Positions 18,435-32,200 of a stretch of DNA of 64,000 bases are shown one piece after another. Source of the stretch: Veleropilina oligotropha (taxonomy: Eukaryota); the NCBI GenBank assembly GCA_048128005.1, contig JBEUKZ010000019.1, positions 248,001 to 312,000 of the forward strand, in the 5' to 3' direction. Both the position numbers and the translations under genes were made by a program. The notes beneath the pieces are model-generated. The model searched no databases. It had not been told where the DNA came from and saw nothing but the letters and a program-made list of their open reading frames with translations. Numbering within the stretch: position 1 is the first letter of the stretch; the number at the start of each line of letters is the position of its first letter.

Positions 18435-18482
18435 GTTGCTGGGGGGGTATACACTAGGATCTTTACTTCTCTAATAGGAGAT

Positions 18483-18776
18483 TTATGTGTGGTAAATTGC
18501 AGCCATGCGCCGAAACTCTCTCTCGAAGGCCCTTTTCTTTCGTTGCCAGTCCATACCGTTCTCACTCTTATACCCACAGCCCTTACACAACGTAAGCCGG
18601 TTGAAAACGCCCTTCCCGCATTTGCTGCAGGGTTTTGTGCCCCGGCCATTTCGCCGTTGCCGAGCCAGGTGGACTTTACAAAACTCTCTCAGGCATCTCT
18701 TACCACATAGCTCCGTGGAGCTGATGGTGAGCCATTGACAGGTGTCCGTTCCCCACATATTGATAGCGGTTATCAT
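18483..18776 (-). CDS. Small viral zinc-finger protein
   Basis: 97 aa; C..CGKRCLREFCKVH followed by CSKC...CKGC and a basic tail. Confidence 0.7.
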   Translation of the reverse strand: MITAINMWGTDTCQWLTISSTELCGKRCLREFCKVHLARQRRNGRGTKPCSKCGKGVFNRLTLCKGCGYKSENGMDWQRKKRAFEREFRRMAAIYHT

Positions 18777-18803
18777 TGTATATACCAGTCTCTAATATAG
18801 ACT

Positions 18804-19073
18804 ATGACACTAAGATATCGAGCCCGGTGCACGGCGAGAAATAACCGGCATGTTAGACGTTGTGTAGTTATACTTGAAAGCAACATGCCACAGGAAGACA
18901 TTCCTACGCTGTACAGCGAACGGAGCTTCAGGCGCGTTAAAAACCTCTTAAACCGGGGCTATAACGTTTTGATCGTTGTACTCGACGATGGTGAACAAGC
19001 GATATATAAGAAGAAGACCAAAGACGGTAGAAAGGGAGTTGTACGAAATCAAACGCCGGCGGGCCCTCAGTGA
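18804..19073 (+). CDS. Small basic viral hypothetical protein
   Basis: 89-aa ATG-started ORF, divergent from the zinc-finger ORF and ending just before the right terminal repeats. Confidence 0.5.
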   Translation: MTLRYRARCTARNNRHVRRCVVILESNMPQEDIPTLYSERSFRRVKNLLNRGYNVLIVVLDDGEQAIYKKKTKDGRKGVVRNQTPAGPQ

Positions 19074-19094
19074 TGTCCTGTAGCCTTCGCCGGG

Positions 19095-19416
19095 CTGCTA
19101 TTTTGCCATTCTAAAAAGTCCAATCACCCCCCTGCTACTGCTCGCATAACTGAGGAGCCCGGGCCGGCTCGGATAGTGGGCCGTCCCTGGGGGCTCTATA
19201 TAGTCTACGTTGGGTCGGAAAAGGTGCATTCATCCCTACTCTAAGCTACCCTAGGCTCGGAACGGGTGCTGGGAGCCTTATTTTCCCATTCTAAAAAGTC
19301 CAATCACCCCCCCTGCTGCTGAGTTGAGATCCATATTAATTCTGAAAAAGTGCTGGGAGCCTTAATTTCCCTCGCCGCGCCCCCAGATAAAAGGTATGGT
19401 CACCCCCCCTGCTGCT
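19095..19416 (-). repeat. Right terminal region: modular subterminal repeats plus 17-bp TIR
   Basis: Inverted copies of the left-end modules: TCACCCCCCTGCT x3, CCATTCTAAAAAGT x2, GTGCTGGGAGCC x2, TCTAAGCTACCCTAG and TCCCTGGGGGCTCTATATAGTCTACGTTGGGTCGG. Confidence 0.85.
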
Positions 19417-20560
19417 AGGCCAGCTATGTATGACAGCTCAGCTTTAGCAACGGCATCAAAGAACAACACTAGTCGCTCGAACGAGGTGCAGAACGCAGGA
19501 CTACGGCTGATCACTGGCGGGATGAAGACCACTCTCATTCAACCTTATGGAGAATCATACCAGATTACACCCCCTTGGAGACAGGCTCGAGGAGAAGATG
19601 TACATCCACAGTGAGAAGCCACTGCGCATAACCATCCACCCAATGCACACTGAGAAGCAAAACCCCATCAAGAACAAGTTTCAATCGCTTCTCCAAGAGT
19701 CTACATCTAAAAAAATGAGGACCTGCTATCAACATCATCAACCAAAATGGAAACGCGTTTATTGACTTTGGGAAGCCGTATGAGGACACGGATTACGCCT
19801 CAATCATCATTGAACTTCCTGACACTGAAAAAGGAATGCCAAGCTTCTAATTGGCTGAAAGATTTGTCACTGGTGATGATTGTTGATTGTTGACCAGTAC
19901 CAGCGCATAGAGTGGGCCCACGTCTTCACACCCGGATCATCACAAGGAGCAGTGGCGGGTGGGGGAGCAGGCCTCTTCATCAGACACACAGACGCAAGAC
20001 TGACCGCCAAGGCTTTTCCAATTGCAAGCATTTCCTCTAACTACACAGCGGAGTTAACAGCACTACTACATGCAGTAAAGACTATCATCCAACCAAATTT
20101 TGACTTCTTCACAAACTGCTGATCTCGGCTGCAGGAACTTTGAAAACGGCCCACCACCACAATCCAGTGGATTCCATCTCACTGTGGGATCACAGGGAAA
20201 GAAAAGGCAGATACTCTTTCGAAAATGGTGCTGTTCAGCCACCCAGTGACATACAGAGAGGCCAAAACCATCACCCAATCGGTACTGGTCCCAGTGGGAA
20301 AGAAAGTTGGTTGAAGGCAGTGGTGCTGACACGATTCACCAACACCAGAGGCATCAACAGACAACTCTATCCAGATTGCGGACAGGCCACTGCAGACTAC
20401 TGACTCTAGATTGCTCACACTGGCGAATGTTCACGTGGAACAGGATCACAGACTCCTGAACACATCCTTCAATACTATCATGGCCATGATGATTTTCGGT
20501 GTCAAAACAGGCTACAGGGCGTGTGCAGGCACCGCTTTGAGGTAGCCATGACGACCCGGA
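19417..20560 (+). mobile_element. Degraded non-LTR retrotransposon, right half (post-RT region and RNase H; I-group/Ingi-like)
   Basis: RPAMYDSSALATASKNNTSRSNEVQNAGLRLITGGMKTT continues the left half. An RNase H remnant (WAHVFTPGS...GGGAG...SNYTAELTAL) follows, with many stops and frameshifts. The 3' boundary is approximate. Confidence 0.8.
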
Positions 20561-20789
20561 GAAGACAGTGAATTCATCATGGCAACTGAGCTGCAGATCT
20601 GATCTGATATATAGATCGCAGAAGAAGAAGGCTAGGCCAATGTAGTTTCGATACTGATGACCGTTTACAATAATTTTGCCTACAATGAGAAATATCATTT
20701 ATTATTATACCTTATTGTATAAGGATCCAACATTAAATACATCGACTAATCGGGATTAAAAAATTGTTATTGCTATTTCCGCAAATTTT

Positions 20790-21025
20790 GGCCGCTCCGA
20801 CAGTCGAGTGGTTTCGGTTGCAGACTACGAAAATCACTGTCTTGATTCCGCTGACACGAACAGTAGCGGGTTCGAATCTCGTTTGGGACATGATATTATT
20901 TGTTCAGTTTTTAATAACAGTTGTCCGTAACTGGTCGGAGAGGATGGGTTTCCCTGCCGTGATAACATGGACATATCCTGCTTTGAACGTTATGGTTGAA
21001 AATATACATGGTATTAAGCATCGAT
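20790..21025 (+). mobile_element. tRNA-derived SINE-like repeat (related copies at about 23099-23330, 24344-24560, 25345-25520)
   Basis: The copies share a GCCGCT...AGTGG A-box-like head, TCACTG.CTTGATTCCGCT, a GGTTCGA/GGTTCAA B-box and a GGACATRTCCTG...AAATATACAGG tail, each to varying degrees. Confidence 0.6.
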
Positions 21026-21516
21026 CCTTTACTTTCATTTTCCACATTTTTTTATGTCTTTATAACCACAATATTAATAAGACACGCATGAAGAAATAAC
21101 TAACGTAAACAAGCGCATCCGAGAGGAAGCATCGTTGAGCCATAATAAAGTCAGCGTGGACATACACCACCACACAGACAGACACACGGACAGCATCAAT
21201 ACAATAGTTTCTCCGAAAACGGCTCAACTAATAATGCAAAATTGAACACATTTAAGAGGAATATACAGCATAGACTTTATTGCTATGTAAATGCACACAT
21301 ATATGCGTCCACACGTACGTACATTGGCGCAGAAACTGAAACTGGGCAAGACTGGTGTGTACTTTTATATATGTGGATAACTTGGTATTATTCGTCGCTC
21401 GTTGCACATGACAGTCGTCTGTGATGTGCAACACGAGAACTATAAATACCGAATAACATAATATTATATACTAAACTCGACTTCGCGAAAGTTTAAATAT
21501 TGGCACTTTGAACTAT

Positions 21517-21676
21517 ATAGAGGATCTCATATGAGTGGTAATGTAATATCACATTTATGAAACGAGTTTAACTAATTTTCATATTTTCCGAGGCTTGCCG
21601 AGGAAAATATGAAAATTAGTTAAACGAGTTTCATAAATGTGATATTACATTACCACGAGTGTGAGGTTCTGTTTAT
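21517..21676. repeat. Long imperfect hairpin (terminus of a non-autonomous DNA element); similar hairpins at 24866-25018, 25958-26066, 33764-33912, 53929-54080, 54086-54170
   Basis: The arms are reverse complements, e.g. GTAATGTAATATCACATTTATGAAAC / GTTTCATAAATGTGATATTACATTAC, with recurring CGAG/CTCG mismatches. Confidence 0.8.
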
Positions 21677-24600
21677 CACATATCGCTCTTCGGTAGGAAA
21701 CAAACTACAAACTCACGAAATTGCCTCACCGGTACGAAGAATCAGCGGTAGATTGAAGGCGACATTACGGCGTAGTGATATGTAAACAGTTTAATGCAAA
21801 AAGGACGTGTTTACTCATTACATAAATTAGTAACATTAATGCCGTCTAAAAAGAGTGCGAAAGTAGTTGATTAATTAAGTTAATTAATAAATATTCTTTG
21901 AAAATGAACCGATATAACTTTATATAAACTATATGAACATATTAGAATAACAATTTTCATTAGGATTTAAAACTATCTGCCAAAAACAGTAACGGTGGAT
22001 AGGCTATGTGTCGCTGACCGGTTAGAATCTGTCATTGACGTCTGCTATCGCGGAGAAGCTATGTATACATGTATACGTACCTCGGGTCCTGCATATATGT
22101 GATTGTCGCGTCCGCAATCTCGTTACCTCAAAATCAGTTCCAATAATCTCTAACATGTTGTTGTTTTTTGGCCGTTGCTATAAATTTCCACTATCGCCGC
22201 CATATTGTCAACATTACAAATATTGGCGGCAATCTCATTAAACAAAACGTAGTACAAACAAGAAGTGCGCTCGACCTTTAGTGACACGCATTTCTATTGG
22301 CTGTTCTAATTTCATTCATTAATTCATCCAATCGCATTTGGATATGGCAAAAACACACGTTGATTACGACGAATAATACACGGTGTTGCACTATGTGAGA
22401 ATGACCTAGATATGTGATAAATAATATATAAGTGCTGAACAAGTTGTATAATAAAATTATAGAATAGCACTCAAATATTAGTTTGCTTCTTTTTAGAAAT
22501 GTATGCCGTATATCGTGCGACAACGTACTAGACAAATGAAACTGTAAATTACATCATAAAATATACATAACCCGATAATCAGGACAGACAGGTTTTTCGG
22601 CAAGACATATATATAGTCTCGGTTAGCTTCATGTTCGGGGATCGATAACATCATCTGTGCACCTAGCCTGCGTGTTGCCAACGGGACACTTGAGAGCATT
22701 CCATTTTGGCGTGGTCTCGGTTGGAAATACAAGTAGATACACATCTACGAAATGTGATATTTAATAAGCTGGTAAAACACTGGGACCTTTATGTAAAGAT
22801 TATCTCTTTGTATCGATCTCTTGACCTGTCCGAAGATGAGGAGCAAACCAGGTATGAAGTTGTATAGAACGCACCGATAGATTTTCCTAGCATTAAAATA
22901 ATATGTATCTGTATCTATAATTATGTAGTATATGAGATGACTTCAACACTGAATAAAATTGCTCAGGGCTCATATGCGCACATCAATAAGCCTACCTATT
23001 TATTTGAAACATTATCTGCATTTGAAATATTTAGATTTGAAGGAGCTAAATGTTTCTAATAACACAATGGTCGAGCCTAAATTGTTTCAATCTTGCATGG
23101 CCGCTCTGGTAGTCACTGTTTTGACCGCTCTGATTAACAATTATGCGTTCGAATCTAGGTTGGGGCAATGGTATTATTAGTTCAGTTACCATTCACAGCT
23201 GTCCCTGACTGGTCAGAGAGGGCGTGTATTCTCGAACAACCGGGATTTCCTCAAGCGATAATCATATGGACATGTCCTAGTTTGAACCAGGTTGTAAATA
23301 TACAGGATATAATTAAAGCACTGATCCAGTCCAATTCAATCCAATCTTTTTCATTTTAATAAAATAACTACCTGATCATTATAGAACAGAATTGTACATA
23401 TTTTATATGATGTGTTATGAAAACACCATTATCATATTCTAATGTGAACGCACTAATACAGTTATAACTGCTCTAGCATGATAACTATAAAAGAAAGTTG
23501 GGTCGAAGATCGAGGAATTCATCCGTTGTACGCAAGATGATTGTGGAATGGCATGACGGATGTGTCCATCATACGAATGTGTCTCTTTTAACGAAATCGC
23601 AAAAAGTTATACAAGGAAGTTCATAATTTAGACAAGCATTTCAGACGCAGTGCAGGCTAGTTATTAAATACCGGTACCCTACAATCAAACTGAATTTTTA
23701 CTTTAATGCGGTTTCAAACTCCAACAATTTCTATTTAAATTTTTGGGTGAATTTTCAATGGATTCAGGTAAAAACTGAACATTCCAGAAATTAATTCTGC
23801 AATTAAGATCCCGACTGTTTATAATATTTCGCAATTAAGACGTTGTATGCCTTGGACGCACCTATGTTCTTGTTATATAAAATATTTGCGTATGAATACG
23901 TATCTAAAATGTGACGGAAGTTTGACGTCATTGTACAGTGACGTCACCCAATTAACGTCACGCCTAGTTGCATATGTTGTGCATAATCGATGATAGCTAA
24001 GTTGCGCTTATGGTACCTCGCTTATAAATACAGTAAAATTGCTCTTTTTAAATTTAAACGTTAGAATATTTATAAATCCTCAGAATGATAACTGATTCAG
24101 AATTTAATACCTTAAATTTAGCGAACCTGCGACATATGGGATTCTTGAAATTATGTAAGTACAATATCTAGGCTCTATGAAAAATGATTATAATATAATT
24201 GCGTAATATCTTAGATTAATATTGTTTTGTTTCGCAAAATTCACATACAAATTCCTAACCTAAAACACGCTTAAAGTGTGCTCTAGCAGTTGCGTCTTTT
24301 CATAGTAACTTTAACACATTATACATTAGTATTAGTATTAGTAAGCCGCTTCGGCAGCGCAGTGGGTAAGAGTGTCCATTCTAAATTCACTGGCTTGATT
24401 CCGCTAATGCGTACAGTAGTGGGTTCAATACCTGGCAGATGCATTGACATTTGTTCAAGTTATGAATCACAGTTGCGGGCGACCGGGCTTCCTCCCGCGA
24501 TAAGACGGACATGTCCTGCATTGAACCTCGATGTTGTAAATATACAGGGCATTAAACATCATTCCTCCCTCCCTCTACATTAGTACATCGGCTTGCATTT

Positions 24601-26247
24601 GGTGTGTTAATGTTCTGAAAAGAAAGATACTGAGTATTCATTTTAAGCATCACAATACTGTATTATATTTACACAACGGCTCTTTTGTTTTGAAGAGGTT
24701 GGTATTCAGCGTGAACACCTTGTTTTCAATGACGATTCAAAAGTAGGGTGGTATAGCCATACCAACCTACTTTTCACTCTATACCGACCTGCGTCTGTGC
24801 AAGACGGCTAAAGCTGATCACAAGCTAAATTGACAACAAAGGAGCTATAATTGGCCGTTGTGTAAGTCGGTTACAAACCTCGTTAGTCGGTATTCATCTA
24901 TTTGAAAGACCTGCTTCCGTGCTGTAACACATCGACCGCTCCGCGGTCTCGGTGTCACGATCCGCACGGGCGCAGGTCTTTCAAATCGATGAATACCTCC
25001 AACTCGGTTAGTAACCTATACATATTTGACGCAAAAGGCCAACACATATAGTACTTAATGAAATTCATGACCAAAATTCTTATTAACGTGTCAATATTAA
25101 ATTACAAGGCGAAAACTGTATCATCACACATTTGTATATGAGATCAGTGTGATGTAAAGGATGTGCTGTTTGCGCACTATATATATATGGTCATCGATCT
25201 AGCTTGAAGCTCCTTATTATCAACAGAAACTGTGATAAGCGATCTGAACCGCAATAGATAAAGTGAAAACGAAACCAAATAAATAGGCGTAGAACCTCGT
25301 TTCGCTCAACAATAAGTCTATATACTAATCTATCGTCGAACAATGCTGCCCGGTGGTTGAGTGGCTAAGAGTGTGACTCTCAATTCAATCATTCAGGAAG
25401 GTTCGAATCATCGGAGCTGCACGTCTTGGATTTAACAGTCGCAGTTGTCCATAACTGATGAGAGAAGCTGGGTTTCACTGGATAATATATGCTTTCTTCT
25501 CAAGATAAAACGAATATGATAGATGGACGCATTGAAGTTTAACGACCAAGCCAACAGTATATCGGTCATACATCGGGTCAATCAACTGTGTACGTTGAAA
25601 TGGTGATATGAGAAATCATTGGCACTCCCGGGGTTTCATCCAAAGACCTTCAGCTTTGTAAACCATTACCGTATTCACTCGGTTATGCTGTCCCCACAAT
25701 AAGGATAATGACTGTCTCAATATGGCATAAGCTGTCATAATGGGACAATAGACGCGAGAGAAAAACACTATGCCGATCAAACAATGCAACAACGTGGCGG
25801 ATACTACATACTACAAGGCTGATGGAAAATAATAATGATAAAGTTTCCCGAAACGTAGTTAGGGTCAACAGTGCTTTCAAATAAACCCCTAGGGGTGATA
25901 TCAGATATTTGACGGCATTGATATCACTCTTTTCCTATCCGATATGCTAACGGGATTTATAACAAGTAATACACTGGTGATAGTCTGCGTGATATCACCA
26001 TCAGATCTCGGCTACGCCTCGATCTAAAAGTGATCTCACACCTCGACCATCAGTGTATTATTTAATATATAATGTGAGCAGCGACATGAAGCAACTGATG
26101 CATAATCAGACATGGAGAAAGATCTCCTCGCGTATCGAGACAGTGCCATCTTTAGAAAAACACAAATATATACAAGGCACCTTGTAATGACACTTCAGGG
26201 TTGTATTAGATATTGCAGCTAGGGGTCCGTTTATTATTTTATTTCAG

Positions 26248-29200
26248 GCGACCGAACTCCCATGGGGGAATACATCGTCCCTCCGGGTGGCTGTCCGTTA
26301 ACGTCGCTGGGTAAGTTCGAAAAACCTTTTATTAGAAACAGTGGGAGTTGGTTTAAAGAGAGACGTTCCGGTCTCTTGTTGAGGATATATTATGATCAAT
26401 TCAGTTATATAATTTGAACAGTATGAACACATCAAGGAACACACTCGATAAGGAATAATATTAGGTCTAAAAGTTATAAATGTACCTACGAGTCCGCTAT
26501 GGGATAGACTGTATTTGAAACCGTCATCATATTTTGTTTCATGCGGCATTACAAATATTGCATTCATTGCCCTACTTCCCAAGTTCGAAATACCATTAAT
26601 TGTTGAAATTTGTCAGAGATATGCCTTGACCGGTTCATTACTGGAGAAGAGCAAATTGGCAATGTTATCTGTCTCTTGGACCATACGATTTGCTATTATG
26701 TAATGTGCTCAACCGTTATCATGAGAGATACATAGTCCGCAATGCCATATTAATTGTTTAGATGTCAATAATGATATACATGTATACCTTTCATGTCCTA
26801 CCAGGTGATCATCAACCTGGTCCGTCCGACTACACGCCGAAACTTGGACTGACCAAGAGCAGCTCCCCGCAATACTCCATCGTGGGAAAGCAGGGGCCAA
26901 GAAAGAGTACGCATGCGCACTGTTATTCGGTTATAGCCGCTTAGCCGTTGTCAAATATAATAGATTTAAAATAGCCACGACGCAAAACTTTTATTTCATT
27001 ACTTTGTGACACTTATTTATATGTACTTACAATAAAATATTTCAAGGTTTCTGAATTAAAAATCATACTATTGGTAGATTTATAGTAGCATTATTCTGTT
27101 TGAAATGATGTGCAAACATTTGTGACGGTGCAAAGTTGTTTATAGTAGACATGTTTCGCAAATATTCAGTTTACGATAGATCAATATTCCTTCGCGAATG
27201 ACGTAACCGGTTGACTTCATCTTTTGAATGAATATTTGCTACCCTGAGATTTAATAACCGCCAGTTACTTGGTCAATCACAACTAACGATGTCTTTAAGT
27301 CTTGTGATAGAGCTGTTGTAAAAACGGCCTACTGTAGTAGACAATGTCCTTAATTTTAGTAATAAAGAAAAGCTGCTGAAATGCATCTGGAATAAAATGG
27401 CAGCGCAGCCAATGATAGTAGATGCACAAAATCTGTGGTCTGTTCATGCGTACGTTAATACTGTATATAGTAGCCATGTTGATCTGTATTTTATTACTTC
27501 CACTTGAAAATGTTCATGGTAATAAGTTATATAAGATTACATATATTATACAGATAAAACACATCCTGGACCCGCTGACTACGATACCGGGGGTGATTTG
27601 GTTTGGAAAAACAGAAAGGCCACTTTGAAGGCAAGAGAAAAGGCTATACTTGATAACCAAGGCAAGCAGAATTGAATTAATTAATGTTCAACTGATAGTA
27701 TAAGATCACAACGACAGTTTTATTTTGTATGTGACCGCTTTAGTTGAACCCGCGAATTGTCGGCAATCAGTTTCACATCGTCTCCGATCATTTGTCCAGA
27801 TTAGAAAATGAACAGCTTTCGCATCGATGCATTGCCCAACTTATATAACTTGTGATTGAGTTTCATATCTGGACGTTTCAATTGTAGATTCTTTGAATCC
27901 GCGACTATTGATTGGCTATTTCATTAGTTTCATATTTACCAATTTTTTGTCTAAATCCAACCGGCTCTATAGTATAATATCAGTGATCAGCGCATCACAT
28001 AACATAATCTTGACCGTCAATTGGTTAAAACTGCGGGTGATGTACTGTATTCAGAGAAGTACTACTTCAACGTCTCAATTCTCTTGTAGAAGGTAATAAT
28101 GTACACATAAAAGCAATATTACGAAATCTTGTATACATCTTATTCCATTTATTACAGTAAAAACCGACAGCACCAGCATTGGTCCCGACAAATATTTCGT
28201 GGAAAATTTGGATTTCGGTAAAGGTGGCGCCAAATACAGCATAGCCAGACGACAACCACAGGATATGTGCATCGGGCCACCCAACAAACTGGTCCAACCC
28301 GGAGACACCCACGGTAACGCAAAATGGATAGTGTACCATTAATATATGTCGCATTCAAGTATTTAATCTGTGTTTCAATTTGTTTTTTACATATACAAAA
28401 AAATGCATTAAATAAATAATAAGTTGTCATTCTGAGAATTTATACTCTTTGGTATTAGAAATTGACTCTCCAAGAATATTTGACGTGGTGTTGTGAAGCA
28501 AAATTTGATATGATGACGCCTTCATACTGTAACACGTAGTTTCATTAAGGTTGCAAGGTGATCTAAGCGGATACTTTCATCGTCAATATGTTAACTTATA
28601 TCAAACATATTCCTGGATTTATTTATGCGGGTTTTTTTACCAACACTAAAGACTACCATTGTTAGCATCACGGTAGATAAATCATTATAGAAGCGCTGCA
28701 TTCTTCTGACAATGACTCTACGACGCCAATGCTTCTTTAAAGCATTATCTTTTGTTGTCCGGCTTGTGATCTGTATTGATCTTGAAGAAAGCAACTATGT
28801 AAACATTCATGCTATAAGATACAGATTGTGGGTTGTTTGAAAGACCAAGAAGCACTAGAAGAAAGGAACCACAAAAACGATGCATGTACAAAATTAATCT
28901 TTTAGCACCAACCTCCCAATGTTAAAAAGTTCAAAGAGCAAGAAGCATGTTTTTAAATAAGCGTTGAATATTCGTATATCAATAATTAATAAATGTGTTA
29001 GCGGTATTCTTCTTTTAATAGTCGCTGTGAATGTCTGATGTTTTGATACAGATGCCAAACATTTTTATCATGTTCAATTTGTAAATCATGCAGTTATAGC
29101 TTGATGCACGCAGAACCTTTGTAACCACATTTCGAGGTTTTTCAATGGAACAATCCACATTATCATTATCATGAATATCATTATTCTCGTCCCATGGTAG

Positions 29201-32200
29201 GTTTTGAGACGCCTGGACCAGACTATCGCCCGAATTCTGCTTACTGGGGTCGCGGACACCAGAAATCAATCGGATCCGGGTGGCGCATGGCCCATCGGAA
29301 TGGACCAGGTACGTATATATCCTTACAAAACTATGTCGAAACGTATTAGCATAAATGCGTTTCTACACCTTTTATAGTCTAAAGATAAGTTGCTTGATTG
29401 TAAATCATAAGAAATGTTGTCAGACTATACATGATCTGTTTGGTCATAACCCATGTTTGACCTTTGAACACCATAAGTTACTTATTGCAATAGTGTCCAG
29501 TTTAAATCTACTAATATTCGTATATGTGTATACATATATCATGTATATGGTAACTGATAAACCCTGTGTGTGTCTCAGGTGTACGCAACATTATATCCCC
29601 AACAGCTTAGTTTCAATCATAATATATTATCTTTGAACGCCAAAGTGCAATTTTATTTAAAAGTATGCGTGCAATAATTTAGGAATTATCCGCTCGTTAA
29701 AACATCACCATTCGATGCCAGTTTAATTTCGTTCATTTGAAGCGATATTGCCTAGGTTTGAAAGACCACAACGCCGTAATTATATTCTTGTTATTTTCAG
29801 GACCGGCTGATTACAAGATCGGCGAACCTTCCAGGGGTCCGGCGTATTCCCTCTCCATGAACCTGGCGCTTCCACAACATCTCAGTGAGTTTTGCTATTA
29901 ACGGACGTTGGAATTATTGAAACAACCAAGTGAAACCGGCAATCATATAACAAATCGAACATGTATTTATTTATATCGTTGTAGGATAGTCTCACGTGCA
30001 TGTAAAATCCAACGGTATTTAAAATAATGAAATTAAGTAAGAAAAGAAGACAGGCGACATGAAACCAAGCAGTTACATCTTTAAGTTTATTTATCTGTAG
30101 TACTGATCATTTCTCATCCATTTACAATGGACAAATATCTCTTGATTTTTCAATTTTTCGCAATCATAAAATACATTCATTTCGTTTAGGCATAAACAAA
30201 GACAGCCCTGCTCCGAACATATACGACTTGGGGACAACTGTGGGGACAGCCGTTGCCGTATCGATTACAGGACGGAGGGAAACGAACCAAGGTAACAGGA
30301 CAAGAAGATCCTAATTAGAATGGCAATAGCAGAAGTAACATTTGTTCTTTTCTATACAAGATCTTATTTAGAAGATTACTATTCAAATTATATATAAACT
30401 AATACATTTGTGACCATCTTCATTTATTTCTTCCGTATGTGTAGGAATCAGAGATATCCCGTCACCCAGCGCGTACACATTGAAGGATTCCTTCGATCTT
30501 GACAGAAAGACTGCATCGTTAACGTATCGCCGATTTGAGCCAAAAGGTACAACTTCTTAAATTTACCAAAAGGTCCCCAGTTTGAAATGATTATTAATTA
30601 TGATCGTTTCAATAAGCATGCTTTTGAAACAACTACTGCTCTAAGAATTTCCACTTAATGGCTAGTCTAGCTGTTAACACACGTTAACTTATAGTGGACA
30701 GTTGACAAAGAAATAAAATTTGCAACACATCCTTTTCAATGTGAATATCGCATATGCAATTGATAACTTCACCATATAGCGATATATATGCTTTCCGTAT
30801 AATAATATAATGAAGATGACAGGTGAAACTACAGCGTAATATACTCGTTGTGGATTGCTGAAGGAGAAACAATATTTGCCAATTTCGCATCTAATAGTGC
30901 TTACATGAAATGTATGACAAGGTTCAAGCTAATCTTGATAATTAATCTTTTCGGTATATGGTTAAGATACTGTGGGTTTGAAGCGTTTCCTGGACCTGGA
31001 TGTGATTTGCACCTAAATAAATACCAATTTACGTTATCATACATTTCATTGAAGCACCCGATTTTAGTTGGGCACAACCTCAAGAAATGACTCTGATCGT
31101 CAGTTTGGCTGTCCGTTCTAGATACATAAAAGGTTCTGGGGTGCCCACCTTATACACCAGTGTTGTGTTTTTTTCCCTTTCAGAGCCCCCACATCCGGGC
31201 CCTGCCGACTACAGCATAACCAAGCCCAGTCTGCACAAGGCTCCGTCCTACACGTGTCGCCGACTTACAGTAGCATCGTATCCAGATACCTTGAAATATG
31301 TGGACACCAAAGGTAACTATAGAACCTGGATGACACAAGTGTTAAAATTCACTGTCCTTATTAACTCAAAATTGATTGATGTGGTGATGGTGATGATGCT
31401 AGAGGTCTGCCTCCAACGTCCACATCTCCATTTGTAGCATTTCTATCCGTTGTATCTCACTTGAAACTGGCATATAAATGCCATTATTTCAATTTGTCGA
31501 GGAGCGCCATTCTTTTTCGCCATATGCTTTTCATCCCCCCACCCCCATAACACTCCTAAACATCCATTCATGCCGCAATGCATGCCCTATCCATTTCTTT
31601 TGTCTTTTTATACAGATGGTACCAATAAGTGGGCGCTTCTCTTACTGCAACCAACACATCTTCATTCACTACTCTGTCTGTCTAGCTGAATTTCTCCAAT
31701 TCACCTCCAGGATCACATCTCTCAGCTTCCTAGTTCTGCCTGCTTCAGAGCTTCCGTGAGAACACTCCACAACACCGTCATTATCATTCTCCTCCAGTTG
31801 CTGTTTGATTCGGGTCTGTATCTGTTCTCGGTCGATCCCTCTTCTTTCAGCAGGCTGCCAAGTACCAGTACTGATGGACCTGTTCCATTGCATTCTCTGC
31901 CAAGTACCAGTACTGATGGACCTGTTCCATTGCATTCTCTGCCAAGTACCAGTACTGATGGACCTGTTCCATGGCATTATCTGCCAAGTACCAGTACTGA
32001 TGGGCCTGTTCCTTTGCAAGCTCTGCCAAGTACCAGTACTGATGGACCTGTTCCATTGCATTCTCTGCCAAGTACCAGTACTGATGGACCTGTTCCATTG
32101 CATTCTCTGCCAAGTACCAGTACTGATGGATCCAATTTTGATCTTGACCTCTGCTTCGCTCGTCTATTCAGTTTTCTTTGCCTCAAGTCTACTTGACATC

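Larger units (their letters stand above)
3517..19416. mobile_element. Full-length endogenous Polinton-like virus (integrase, capsids, packaging ATPase, PolB-helicase fusion), 15,900 bp
   Basis: Starts AGCAGCAGGGGGGGTGA (3517-3533) and ends with its exact reverse complement (19400-19416). AGGCC direct repeats flank it at 3512-3516 and 19417-19421. The ORFs are intronless, dense and visibly GC-richer than the flanks. The flanking LINE reading frame resumes across the insertion. Confidence 0.93.

Noticed and set aside
14640..18738. Many + strand ORFs of 60-260 aa antisense to the replicase, and other antisense ORFs in the element
   Set aside because: They are shadow frames of GC-rich coding DNA with no motifs, mostly with non-ATG starts.
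3517..19416. Bacterial or phage contamination (dense, GC-richer, intronless ORFs)
   Set aside because: The TSD and the split eukaryotic LINE show true integration, and the integrase and capsids are of the eukaryotic Polinton type.
20790..25690. tRNA genes
   Set aside because: A/B-box-like heads run into shared non-tRNA tails and the copies are degenerate, which fits SINEs. I could not fold a clean cloverleaf.
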